NCBI GenBank assembly: GCA_963741945.1
Contig: CAVUKA010000001.1
Location: 448,001-512,000 of the forward strand
Length of the DNA: 64,000 bases
From: an uncultured Gemmatimonadales bacterium
Lineage (GTDB): Bacteria > Gemmatimonadota > Gemmatimonadetes > Longimicrobiales > RSA9
Direction of reading: 5' to 3'
Shown piece by piece: positions 50,801 through 59,785 of the stretch. Made by a program: the position numbers and the translations under genes. Each line of letters opens with the position of its first letter. The first letter of the stretch is position 1. Under the pieces are notes generated by a model, which saw nothing but the letters and a program-made list of their open reading frames with translations, was not told the DNA's origin and made no database searches.

Positions 50801-52884
50801 CCTCTGTCCTCCTGTTTGCGATCCCGCCCGTTGTGCTGCCGGTCGTCGCCATGGGCGCGGCGGCCGGAGCCCTGGTCATGGGCGCCGTGGGGATGCCCGT
50901 CCGAATCGTGTCCCTGACCGCCATCCGGCGACCGCCCGGAGCCAGGCGCGGACGCGACAGCCGAGGAAGGGCCGTGGACGAGCAGCGCTTCCGGGTGAAG
51001 GCCCTGGCGCTGCATTGCGCGGCCGAGGTCCGGGAGATCCCGCGTCAGGAGCTCCCCGAGCCGGCGGCCGTCCGTGTCCACCGTGGCGCGCACCGCACCA
51101 TCCCGGAGGTCGACGCGGACACGGGCCGCGTCTCCGTCCTCACCCACGCGCAGCGAGACGGTATGCACGGAGCGGAGCGCCTCCTGCTCACGGATGGCGT
51201 CGACTGCGGCCACGCGATCGGCAGGGGTGGCCCGATCCACGGCCCCCGGCTTCATCGGGCTCGCCACCGGCCGTGCGGCCGCTCCGACGTCGCCTCGCGA
51301 CGACGACGCTGGCTGCCGGACGTCCTCGCCAGCGCGGGACTCGCGTCCCGGGTCGGACTTCTCCGGCTCCGGCTCGCGGCGCCCGGCATCGCGGCGCGGC
51401 GCTCGCTGGCCACGCCCCTCCTCGACGGCTGCCGGAACGCCGGCCGCGGCGGATGCGGTCGGAACGCGCCGGGACCGCCCCGACAACGGCGCTGGCAGCA
51501 CGGCGGCCGGGTCGATGGGCGTCATGATCTTCGGCAGATCGGATCCCCGGGGCGCGGCCCTGGAGAGAAAGTCGGACGCGGACCGCGGCATGCCCCGGTC
51601 CGGTGCGAACGGCCCCGGCATGGCCCGGCGCTCCGGCGTGCCAGCCCCGGGTGCGGCCTGGCCCGCCGCAGGGTGCCCCGCCCGGTCGGACCCGCTCGTG
51701 GCGACTGCCGCAGGCATGGCCGGGGCCGCATTCGGCGCCGGTGCGACCATGGCCGGCGTCGCGCTCCCCGACCGCGCCGGAGCTACTGCTGCGGCGGCTG
51801 CTGAGAACATCGCGGGCGCTGCGGGCGCCGCGGGCGCTGCGGGCGCCGCGGGCGCCGCGGGCGCTGCGGGCGCCGCGGGCGCCGCGGGCGCTGCGGGCGC
51901 TGCGGGCGCCGCGGGCGCTGCGGGCGCTGCGGGCGCCGCCGGCGCCGCCGGCGTTGCGGCCGACGCCGGTGTCGCTGGCGCTGACGTCATTGCGGGTGCC
52001 GGGCGCGTAGCCACGGCCGCGACCGCGGCCGGTGCCGGGGGCTGCGCGGGGCCGGCGGGCATCGACGTGCCGTGGCTCTCGCTGGGGTCCGCTGCCACCC
52101 TTCCCGGTCGGCGACCTCGTTCGGGGCCAGCGGTGGACCGGGATCCGCGTTCGTGGACCACGCTCCCTCCCGACCCGGCGGTTCCAGCGTCCAGCGGGAG
52201 AGGCGAGCGGGTGCCGACGCCCGGTGGCAGCTCCACGTGTCCGGGATCCGCAGGCCCGAGCGTGATGAGCCCTTCCTCTCGCGCCACTTTCTGCAGTGTG
52301 GCGTACGCGGCGGAGTCGTCATAGCTGCCGTCCACCTGGAGGTCGACGGCGCGGCCCGCCTCGTGCGCCGAATCGCGCGTCCACGTCACAACCGGGCCGG
52401 GGCGCGTGCGACCCTGGGCGAACAGGTAGTCCTGCCGTGCCGCCGAGCGGAGTCCCTCGACCACCTTGACAGCGTGGCCGTGGCGGCGCATGCGCTGGAT
52501 CACGCGTCCGATCCGCAGCCGAAGCTCGGGATCGACGCGGGACAGGTCGGCATCCGCCGCGAGCAGCGTGGCGGCGGGGCCGGACGCCCCCCCGGCTTTC
52601 GCCGCGGCCGGGTTTCCGCCTGCCATCAAGCCCGGCCTGGAGCTCGTGGCCGGCGTTGCGCCTGCCGCCAGGGCCGCCTCGGAGCTCGCGGCCGGCGCTG
52701 CGCCTGCCGCCAGGGCCGCCTCGGAGCTCGCGGCCGGCGACACGGCCGGCGGCGCCGCCGGATCGAGGCCGGCCAGTGCCCGGGCCAACGCTTCGTCGAA
52801 TGCGCCGGCCGGTGCGCGGGACGCCCGGCCGTCCGCCGGGATGGCGGGTGCCGCGCCGAGCGCGGCCAGGATCTGCTGGATCAC
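50797..52884 (-). CDS. fliK: FliK-like hook-length control protein fused to an M15 Zn peptidase domain
   Basis: Position motE-X-flgD; aa ~113-220 EGLRS..RQ..L..QGRT, SAHEAGRAVD, DPGHVEL; long Ala/Pro linker; divergent FliK C-domain (VSLRV...VRVDLRDGAVRATV...LPDLGRAMQRQGL). Confidence 0.75.
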   Translation of the reverse strand: MIQQILAALGAAPAIPADGRASRAPAGAFDEALARALAGLDPAAPPAVSPAASSEAALAAGAAPAASSEAALAAGATPATSSRPGLMAGGNPAAAKAGGASGPAATLLAADADLSRVDPELRLRIGRVIQRMRRHGHAVKVVEGLRSAARQDYLFAQGRTRPGPVVTWTRDSAHEAGRAVDLQVDGSYDDSAAYATLQKVAREEGLITLGPADPGHVELPPGVGTRSPLPLDAGTAGSGGSVVHERGSRSTAGPERGRRPGRVAADPSESHGTSMPAGPAQPPAPAAVAAVATRPAPAMTSAPATPASAATPAAPAAPAAPAAPAAPAAPAAPAAPAAPAAPAAPAAPAAPAAPAAPAMFSAAAAAVAPARSGSATPAMVAPAPNAAPAMPAAVATSGSDRAGHPAAGQAAPGAGTPERRAMPGPFAPDRGMPRSASDFLSRAAPRGSDLPKIMTPIDPAAVLPAPLSGRSRRVPTASAAAGVPAAVEEGRGQRAPRRDAGRREPEPEKSDPGRESRAGEDVRQPASSSRGDVGAAARPVASPMKPGAVDRATPADRVAAVDAIREQEALRSVHTVSLRVGEDGDAARVRVDLRDGAVRATVDTDGRRLGELLTRDLPDLGRAMQRQGLHPEALLVHGPSSAVASAPGSGRSPDGGQGHDSDGHPHGAHDQGSGRRAHGDDRQHNGRDRKQEDRG
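51812..51955. repeat. 9-bp tandem repeat GCGGGCGC(T/C), about 16 units, encoding (PAA)n in FliK
   Basis: 14 near-perfect plus 2 degenerate units counted by eye. Confidence 0.9.
52639..52739. repeat. 42-bp tandem repeat (about 2.4 copies) in the FliK N-terminal region
   Basis: Encodes PAASSEAALAAGA(A/T) twice. Confidence 0.85.
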
Positions 52885-53588
52885 GGTGCGCCTGCCTGGC
52901 CGAGCACGCCGCGGCTCAGCGTCGCCGCGCGCGCAGGCTCGAGGCTGCTCAGGATAGCCGCCGCCTGGCGGGCGGCGACGTGGGCCAGGATCCGCTCGAT
53001 CTCGTCGTCCGCCATCTCCGCCAGGACCCGTGCCGCGTCACCCGGCTGCATGGCCGAGAAGATCTTCGCCAGCTGGATCGCGCCCGCCTCCGAGTGCACG
53101 TGGGCGGGAGCACTGGACGCGGCGGAGGCAAGGCCGGCAGCATCAGGCGACGCGGGCTTCACGCCGCGGGAGTCGGCGGCCGCCGGCCTGGATTCCGAAA
53201 CCCCTTCATCGCCCGCCGAATCGTGCGGCGCCGACGCCATGGGCTCCTGCGCCCCCACCTCGCCCTCCTTCGCCGCGGGCCCGCGAGCCGGGACCGTGTC
53301 GGTGCCGGCCGCAGCAGCGAGGTTCGGGTCCACCGGCGCGACGGAGGCCGCCGCCCCGGCCTCCGGGCGCACCGTGTCCGGTGGCGGCGAGTCCGCCGCC
53401 ATGGCGTCCGCCCGCCCGGAATCCGTCGCCATGGCGTCCGCCCGCCCGGAATCCGTCGCCACGACGTCCGCCGGCACGGAATCCGTCGCCAGGACGGCGT
53501 CGGCAGGCGGCCGGGTGGTCACGGTCCACGCGGTCCCCCCAGCGAGGCCGAGGAGCAGACCGACGATCGGGAGGATCAGGCGCTTCAC
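52881..53588 (-). CDS. MotE/FlbB-like protein (MgtE-N-like C-terminal domain)
   Basis: N-terminal TM, linker, LAKIFSAMQPGDAARVL..M...ILSSLEP..AA; between fliJ and fliK. Confidence 0.75.
   Translation of the reverse strand: MKRLILPIVGLLLGLAGGTAWTVTTRPPADAVLATDSVPADVVATDSGRADAMATDSGRADAMAADSPPPDTVRPEAGAAASVAPVDPNLAAAAGTDTVPARGPAAKEGEVGAQEPMASAPHDSAGDEGVSESRPAAADSRGVKPASPDAAGLASAASSAPAHVHSEAGAIQLAKIFSAMQPGDAARVLAEMADDEIERILAHVAARQAAAILSSLEPARAATLSRGVLGQAGAP
53401..53490. repeat. 30-bp tandem repeat x3 (ATDSGRADAM-like) in the MotE linker
   Basis: Two identical units plus one degenerate unit. Confidence 0.8.
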
Positions 53589-54052
53589 GACGCCTCCCGC
53601 GCGCGGTCGGACGGCCGCCGCTGGAAGCGGGACATGGCCAGCTCATCCATCTGCTTCCGCTCCTCGGAGAGAACGTCCTGCCGCCAGGAGACGAGCTTCC
53701 GGTCCCGCAGCTGATCGAGGACGCGGCGCTGGATCATGGCCGTCGTCAGCTCCGCACGGCACTGCTCCACGCTCTGGGCGGCATCGTGCATGGCGCGCGT
53801 GGCCAGATCGACCTGCTGCGCGATGTGCTGGATCACCGCCTGGAGATTCCGCAGCTGGCCCACGGCGCGGCCTTCACTGTGGGCACGCATCAGCTTTGCC
53901 GCCTCCTCATCGTGGATCTGACTGAGCTCGGCCAGCTGGCGCCGCGCGGCCGCCGCCCGCGCTTCCGCGTCAGCGAGCACGCGGGCGTGGTCCTGCTCTT
54001 CCTGCTCCCGCAGCTCGAGCACTTTCTGCAGTCCGAAGCGAAACGCGTTCAT
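53585..54052 (-). CDS. fliJ: Export chaperone FliJ
   Basis: FRFGLQKVLELRE, EERKQMDELA; follows fliI. Confidence 0.9.
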   Translation of the reverse strand: MNAFRFGLQKVLELREQEEQDHARVLADAEARAAAARRQLAELSQIHDEEAAKLMRAHSEGRAVGQLRNLQAVIQHIAQQVDLATRAMHDAAQSVEQCRAELTTAMIQRRVLDQLRDRKLVSWRQDVLSEERKQMDELAMSRFQRRPSDRAREAS

Positions 54053-55368
54053 CCGGTGGGCTCCTTCATACCGGCCAGCTCGAGGAGCCGGTGCCGTGTG
54101 TCTGAGAGCGAAGTGGCGTCCGTGGCTCGCTGGCGCAGGAATCCGTTCAGCGGGTCACGAATGGCAATGGCGGCATCGAGCGCGGGGTCGGAGCCGGGCT
54201 GGTACGCGCCGACTGCGATCAGGTCCTCGCGCTCGTGGTAGTCGGCCATCCGCCGGAGCAGCCGGTCGGCCGCTTCCCGGTGCTCCGCGTCCACCACGGC
54301 ATCCCGGACGCGGCTGACGCTGTCGAGGAGGTCGATGGCGGGAAAGTGACCGGCGGAGGCCAGGGCCCGGGTGAGGACGATGTGGCCATCCAGGATCGAG
54401 CGCGCTGCGTCCGCCACGGGTTCGTTGAAGTCGTCGCCCTCCACGAGCACGGTATAGATGCCCGTGATCCCGCCCTTCGGTCCGTTCCCCGCGCGCTCGA
54501 GGAGCCGCGGGAGGGCGGCGAAAACGGAAGGCGGGTATCCCTTGGTGGTGGGCGGTTCGCCGACGGCCAGGCCGATCTCGCGCCACGCCATGGCCACGCG
54601 CGTGATGGAGTCGAGCATGAGAAGCACGCGCTTGCCCTGGTCGCGGAAATACTCGGCAATGGACGTGGCGACGAGGGCGCCCCGTGCGCGCACCAGAGCA
54701 GCCTCGTCGCCCGTGGCCACCACCACCACGGAGCGGGCCAGCCCCTCGGGCCCCAGCGAGTTGGTGATGAAGTCCTGCACCTCGCGGCCGCGCTCGCCGA
54801 GGAGCGCGATGACGTTGACATCGGCCGAAGCATACCGGGCGATCATGCCCAGGAGCGTACTCTTTCCCACGCCGCTCCCGGCGAAGATCCCCACGCGCTG
54901 CCCCTGGGCGAGGGTGACCATGCCGTCGATGGCGCGGACACCGGTGGGGAGTGGCTCGGTGATGGTCTGCCGGTCGAGCGGACTGGGCGGCGAAGCGACG
55001 AGAGGCACGCGGGTGGTAGCACCGAGCGGGCCCTTCCCGTCGATGGGCTGGCCCGTGCCGTTGAGGATCCGGCCGAGGAGGCCGGGTCCGACATCGGCGC
55101 CGAAGGAGCGGCCGAGGGGCTGGACGGCGCTGCCCGGGTGTACGCCGCCCATCTCGCCGAGGGGGAGCAGGAGGACGCCGCGCTCGTGGAAGCCGGCCAC
55201 TTCGGCCAGGAGCGAGTGGTCGCCCGTGAGCGCCTGGACGCGGCAGAGCTCGCCGAGGCCGCAGTCGAGCCCCGACGCCTCGATGACGAGGCCGACCACG
55301 CGGTTCACGCGGCCGTAGCGCGCCAGCCGGGGCGTGCCCTCCACTCTCCGGATCAGCGCGTCAACCAT
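54049..55368 (-). CDS. fliI: Flagellar export ATPase FliI
   Basis: GSGVGKS, GERGREV, DSITR, GEPPTTKGYPPS. Confidence 0.97.
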   Translation of the reverse strand: MVDALIRRVEGTPRLARYGRVNRVVGLVIEASGLDCGLGELCRVQALTGDHSLLAEVAGFHERGVLLLPLGEMGGVHPGSAVQPLGRSFGADVGPGLLGRILNGTGQPIDGKGPLGATTRVPLVASPPSPLDRQTITEPLPTGVRAIDGMVTLAQGQRVGIFAGSGVGKSTLLGMIARYASADVNVIALLGERGREVQDFITNSLGPEGLARSVVVVATGDEAALVRARGALVATSIAEYFRDQGKRVLLMLDSITRVAMAWREIGLAVGEPPTTKGYPPSVFAALPRLLERAGNGPKGGITGIYTVLVEGDDFNEPVADAARSILDGHIVLTRALASAGHFPAIDLLDSVSRVRDAVVDAEHREAADRLLRRMADYHEREDLIAVGAYQPGSDPALDAAIAIRDPLNGFLRQRATDATSLSDTRHRLLELAGMKEPTG

Positions 55369-56062
55369 GGATCAGCCGGTCGTAGATCCGTTCCAACGCC
55401 TTGTCGACGCGGCCGTCCACGAGGGAGTTCGGGCCCTCGACGAAACAGCCGCCCGGCGCGATGGCGGGGTCCGGGATCCAGCGCACGTCGTACCCGGCGG
55501 GCAATCCCTCACCGCCACGCGGCGACGAGATGGCGGACAGGTCCACGGGGTTCAGCCGCACGCGGAGGGCGGAGCGCAGCGGGAACTCCTCCATGGCCTG
55601 GTGAACCAGGGCACGGATGTCGTCGGCCGAGCCCCTCAGTTCGCGGCCGGCTACTTCCCGGGCGATGGCGATGGCGAGGGCGACGAGGTTCTCGTCCAGC
55701 TTCCGCAGCCAGCCGGGCTGTCGCTCCTCGAACTCCGCCGCAGCCGCGGCCACCGCCCGGATCGCCGAATCCAGCCGGCCCCCTTCCGCCGCCTCGCCCT
55801 GTGCACGGCCCGCGTCGAAGCCGCGGGCATATGCGTCATCCAGCTCGCGCGCACGCTCCTCCGAGCGCAGCCTCTCGCGCGCCTCGGCCGCCAGCCGCGG
55901 GTCGGGCTCGGAAGCCACGTCCGGGTCCAGGACCGAGGTGCCCGCGTCCCCGCTCGCGGCGGGATCCTGACGCGCGAGCAGGTCCGGCTCCCATTCTGCC
56001 ACGCCGCCGCGGCCGACGTCTCTCAGTGCGCCCCGGGCGCGGCGCCTATTGGACGAGGACAT
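55361..56062 (-). CDS. fliH: FliH
   Basis: AYARGFDAGRAQG repeats, VRLNPVDL, PGGCFVE; start uncertain. Confidence 0.85.
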   Translation of the reverse strand: MSSSNRRRARGALRDVGRGGVAEWEPDLLARQDPAASGDAGTSVLDPDVASEPDPRLAAEARERLRSEERARELDDAYARGFDAGRAQGEAAEGGRLDSAIRAVAAAAAEFEERQPGWLRKLDENLVALAIAIAREVAGRELRGSADDIRALVHQAMEEFPLRSALRVRLNPVDLSAISSPRGGEGLPAGYDVRWIPDPAIAPGGCFVEGPNSLVDGRVDKALERIYDRLIHG

Positions 56063-57083
56063 CCTCTTCCCCTCCGGCGATGACGATCTCGCCGGCCTCC
56101 TCGAGGGCACGGGCGATCTTGACGATCTCGCCCTGGGCGGTCTCCACGTCGCTCAGGCGCACAGGCCCGAGGAACTCCATTTCCTCCCTGACCGCAGCCA
56201 CGGCGCGCTGGGACATGGTCTCGGTGATCTTGGTGCGCAGCTCGTCGGTGGCCGCCTTGAGGGCCATGGCGAGCGTCTTGGAATCGATGTCCCGGAGCAG
56301 CCGCTGGATGGCCTTGGGATCCAGCTTGACCATGTCCTCGAAGACGAACATCAGGTTCTTGATCTCGTCTCCCAGCTCGCTGTCGCGCTCGCTCAGGCGC
56401 TGCATCAGCTCCTTCTCGAACGTGCCCGCGAGCAGGTTCATCACCTGCGCCACCGCCTGCGGGCCGCCCGCCGCCCGCAGGTCCTGGGACAGCGAGAGCT
56501 CGGACGTTCCGCCCACGGAGGTCTTGATCACTTCCAGGACTTCCGGCAGCACCTTCTCCATCTTCGCCATGCGATAGACCACGTCCGCGCCCGTGGCCGG
56601 GTCCAGATCGCGCAGGACGTCCGCGGTCTGATGGGTGTCCAGGTGGGCGAGGACCAGGGCGATGGTCTGGGGGTGCTCGCTGCGCAGCACGCTGGCGAGC
56701 TGCTGCGGGTCCACCTTTCGCAGGTCGTACAGACCGCTCTGGTCCTTGAGCTGGGTCTCGATCCGCTGGAGCACGGTGTGGGCGCGGTCGGGGCCGAGCG
56801 CGGTCTCGAGGATCTCCCTGGCCACGGCCACACCGCCCGTGGCCAGCGATGCGGCCGCCCGCTCGGTCTCGTACCACTCCTCCAGGATCGCTTCGGCCAG
56901 CTCCGGGTGGACGCTGTCCATGCGGGCGATCTCGAGCGACACCGCCTCCAGGTCCTCCGGCGACATGGAGCGCGTGAGGCTCGCGGCCGCCTGGGGGCCG
57001 AGGGCCATGATCAGCACGGCCACCTTCTCACGGCCGGACAGCTGATCCAGCTGCAGGTTCTGGGAACGGGTGGTCAGCGCCAT
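56046..57083 (-). CDS. fliG: Rotor FliG
   Basis: EHPQTIA, MFVFED, GPVRLSDVE. Confidence 0.96.
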   Translation of the reverse strand: MALTTRSQNLQLDQLSGREKVAVLIMALGPQAAASLTRSMSPEDLEAVSLEIARMDSVHPELAEAILEEWYETERAAASLATGGVAVAREILETALGPDRAHTVLQRIETQLKDQSGLYDLRKVDPQQLASVLRSEHPQTIALVLAHLDTHQTADVLRDLDPATGADVVYRMAKMEKVLPEVLEVIKTSVGGTSELSLSQDLRAAGGPQAVAQVMNLLAGTFEKELMQRLSERDSELGDEIKNLMFVFEDMVKLDPKAIQRLLRDIDSKTLAMALKAATDELRTKITETMSQRAVAAVREEMEFLGPVRLSDVETAQGEIVKIARALEEAGEIVIAGGEEDVLVQ

Positions 57084-57087
57084 GCCG

Positions 57088-58617
57088 TCATCCCTTCAGC
57101 CACGCTTCGACCACCCGCGCGGCCATGTCCGGCCGCTCCATGACCCCGCTCGTCACTTCCTGCATCCGCTGCGCCTGCGCCGGGCTGAGCTGCTTCCGCA
57201 GCTGAGCGCCCTTCTCCGCCACCGTGGCGCCACCCTGCTTCGCCGCCAGTTCGGGCGATGCTCCGGACGGGAGGCTGCTGGCGGGCGGGGCGCCGGCCAG
57301 CTGCTGCTGCATCCGTCCCTGCGGCGCCACGGCCCGGATCGCCCGCAGTCCGAGGAACAGAACGGCCGCGAGCGCCAGCACCGTGAGCAGAGGCCGCTGG
57401 AGCATCTGCACCAGGTCCCAGACGCCGGGACCGGTCCGCGCGGGGGGAAGCATCGGCGGATCATCGTCGAACGGGATCCCCACGACCGTGATGACATCGC
57501 CACGGGAGCGGTCCAGCCCCACGGCCGCCGCGACCAGGGACTCGAGACGCGCGAGCTCGGGCTCGCCGGGAGATGAAGCGGCGCCGTCGCCGGCAGTGCT
57601 GGTGCCATTGACGAGCACCGCCACCGAAAGGCGCTTGATCTCTCCCCCGGTCGACGTGTGCCGCTCCACGCTCCGGGTGGCGTCGTAGTCCGTCTTGTAC
57701 GCCACGGATCCCGCCCCTACGTCCGTGGGACCGGGCGTGATCTCCGTGCGCTCCTCACGGGTGACGAGCGACTGGTCCGGGTTGACGGCCTGGATGGTGC
57801 GATCGACGCGATCCAGGTTCAGGTCGGCCGTGACCTGCACCCGCACGTTCCCGCTCCCCACCACGTCGGTCACGAGCGCTTCCGCCTTCTCCTCCAGGTA
57901 CGCCTCCATCCGACTCCGGAGCTCCAGCTGACGGGAGGAGAGCGCGAACTCGGGGTCGTTCTCCACGGATCGGGAGAGGAGCCGGCCGCCCTGGTCCAGC
58001 ACCGTGACGTGTTCGCTCGTCAGCTCGTCCACACTCCCGGCCACCAGGAACGTGATCCCCTCGACGAGCGCCGCCGTGGGGCGGGCCACGGAGCGCATGC
58101 GCACGACCACGGAGGCCTCCGTCGGCCGGTCGGAGCGACGCAGAACCGAGCCCTGGTGGAGCGCGAGGTGCACGCGCGCACCCTCGACGCCATCCATCTC
58201 CCCGATGGTGCGCTCGAGCTCGCCTTCCAGCGCCCGCCGGTAGTTGATCTGCTGCGTGAAGTCGGTCATGCCCCAGGCGGGCTGGTCGAACAGCTCGAAG
58301 CCGTGCCCGGCATCACCCGGGAGCCCCCGCGAGGCCAGCTCCACACGGGCCCGCGCCAGGTCCTGCTCCGCCACTTCCACACGGGAGCCGCCGGCCGTCA
58401 GCCGGTACGTGATCTTGGCTTCATCCAGCGCGTGCGTGAGCGGACCCATCTGCTCGAGCGGGACGTTCCCCAGGACGGGAGCCCAGGCGGGGCCGCCCCC
58501 CCACCGGGCGACGAGGAGGAGGACCACGACCGCGAGGATGCCGACGGCGGCCACCAGCCCCCGTCGCCCGAACACCGCCGTGAGGCGATCCAGCACGCTC
58601 TGCAGCACGTCGGGCAC
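57088..58617 (-). CDS. fliF: MS-ring FliF
   Basis: GFELFD, RALEGELERTI, ARVHL, ASV motif, two TMs. Confidence 0.95.
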   Translation of the reverse strand: MPDVLQSVLDRLTAVFGRRGLVAAVGILAVVVLLLVARWGGGPAWAPVLGNVPLEQMGPLTHALDEAKITYRLTAGGSRVEVAEQDLARARVELASRGLPGDAGHGFELFDQPAWGMTDFTQQINYRRALEGELERTIGEMDGVEGARVHLALHQGSVLRRSDRPTEASVVVRMRSVARPTAALVEGITFLVAGSVDELTSEHVTVLDQGGRLLSRSVENDPEFALSSRQLELRSRMEAYLEEKAEALVTDVVGSGNVRVQVTADLNLDRVDRTIQAVNPDQSLVTREERTEITPGPTDVGAGSVAYKTDYDATRSVERHTSTGGEIKRLSVAVLVNGTSTAGDGAASSPGEPELARLESLVAAAVGLDRSRGDVITVVGIPFDDDPPMLPPARTGPGVWDLVQMLQRPLLTVLALAAVLFLGLRAIRAVAPQGRMQQQLAGAPPASSLPSGASPELAAKQGGATVAEKGAQLRKQLSPAQAQRMQEVTSGVMERPDMAARVVEAWLKG

Positions 58618-58623
58618 GGTTCG

Positions 58624-58923
58624 CTACCCCTGCATGTTGATCACCGACCGGTAGGCGTCGGTGAGCTTGTTGCGGATCTCGATGAGCATGTCCAGCGCTA
58701 TGCCCGCTTCCTCCGTGGCCGCCATGACGTCGTGCAGCTCCACCGGCTCGCCGCGGAGGAACGAGCCAATGGCGTCACGCGCGTTGTCCTGGAGCTGCGA
58801 CACTTCTCCGAGCGCGTTCTTCAGCACGTCACCGAACGACTCGTTCCCGCCGCCGACCCGGACCGGGCGCGCGCCCGTGTCGAGCTTCTGGATGGCGGCG
58901 CTGCCAATTCCCTGGATGGCCAT
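58624..58923 (-). CDS. fliE: FliE
   Basis: LHDVM, IRNKLTDAYRSVINMQ. Confidence 0.93.
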   Translation of the reverse strand: MAIQGIGSAAIQKLDTGARPVRVGGGNESFGDVLKNALGEVSQLQDNARDAIGSFLRGEPVELHDVMAATEEAGIALDMLIEIRNKLTDAYRSVINMQG

Positions 58924-58926
58924 GGC

Positions 58927-59268
58927 TCAGATCTTCAGGTCCAGGCGTCGGCCCTGGACCGCCGGCCGCGAGGGGCGGCTCGCCCCTGGGCCGTAGGTGA
59001 CGCCGCCCATGTCGGCGAAGCGGCCGAAATGGGCCCGCTCTTCCGTGGTCAGCAGGCTCCAGAGCTCCGGGTCCACCCCGTCCGGGGGCGAGGCCAGACT
59101 CGCTGGAGAAAGCGCAGCATCGGCCGCGGGCGGCGAGGGTCGGGGCGTCGCTCCGCCCGTGCGGACATCACCGGCACCGCCCGTCTGCCGCGGCGTGTCC
59201 CTCGCCGGTCCGACCGGGCCCCTCAGCCAGGGCGGAAGTCCCGCCGGTCCCACTCCCTGTGTGCTCAT
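58927..59268 (-). CDS. Hypothetical protein embedded between flgC and fliE
   Basis: 113 aa, GAGGAAG RBS, tight packing in the operon; LTTEERAHF...TYGP...GRRLDLKI. Confidence 0.65.
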   Translation of the reverse strand: MSTQGVGPAGLPPWLRGPVGPARDTPRQTGGAGDVRTGGATPRPSPPAADAALSPASLASPPDGVDPELWSLLTTEERAHFGRFADMGGVTYGPGASRPSRPAVQGRRLDLKI

Positions 59269-59278
59269 GCGCTTCCTC

Positions 59279-59785
59279 CTAGATTTCCGTGGCCCGGCGC
59301 AGCATGCTCTTCACCGCGTCGAAGACCGTGGCATTGGCCTCGTACAGCCGGCGCGCCTCCATCATCGTGACCAGCTCGTCGGTGATGCGGACGTTCGGGT
59401 AGTGCACGTAGCCGTTGGCGTCGGCATCCGGGTGCGACGGGTCGTAGACCATGGGACCCTCGGACGCGTCCTCTGCGATGCCGGTGACCACGACCCCCGT
59501 CTCGGGCGACTGCCCCGTCGGGAGCTCCCCGGGCACCGGGCCGGACGGGAGCTCGCCGGCGACGATGGCACGTGCGGGTACGGACGGGGCGGGCTCGCCT
59601 GGCGCCAGGTCCACGGATCGGCGGCGGTACGGTCCGCCCGCGGATGTGCGCGTGGTCTCGGCATTCGCGATGTTCTCCGCCACCACTTCAATGCGGCGCC
59701 GCTGCGCGCTCAGGCCGCTGGCCGCGATGTCCAGTCCGCGGAACAGCCGACGCGCCCCACCGCCCAACCCGCCCGCGAACGGCAT
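59279..59785 (-). CDS. flgC: Rod protein FlgC
   Basis: AENIANAETT, YDPSHPDA..GYV.YPNV, RLYEAN. Confidence 0.95.
   Translation of the reverse strand: MPFAGGLGGGARRLFRGLDIAASGLSAQRRRIEVVAENIANAETTRTSAGGPYRRRSVDLAPGEPAPSVPARAIVAGELPSGPVPGELPTGQSPETGVVVTGIAEDASEGPMVYDPSHPDADANGYVHYPNVRITDELVTMMEARRLYEANATVFDAVKSMLRRATEI

Noticed and set aside
52225-52548. M15 domain as a prophage endolysin remnant
   Set aside because: In frame within an operon-coupled flagellar gene; no holin, integrase or other phage genes nearby
51812-53490. Tandem repeats as a possible CRISPR array
   Set aside because: No unique spacers, repeats are in-frame coding, and no cas genes are present
43306-58617. Injectisome-type (non-flagellar) T3SS
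   Set aside because: All components are flagellar, with rod, hook, filament and stator genes alongside
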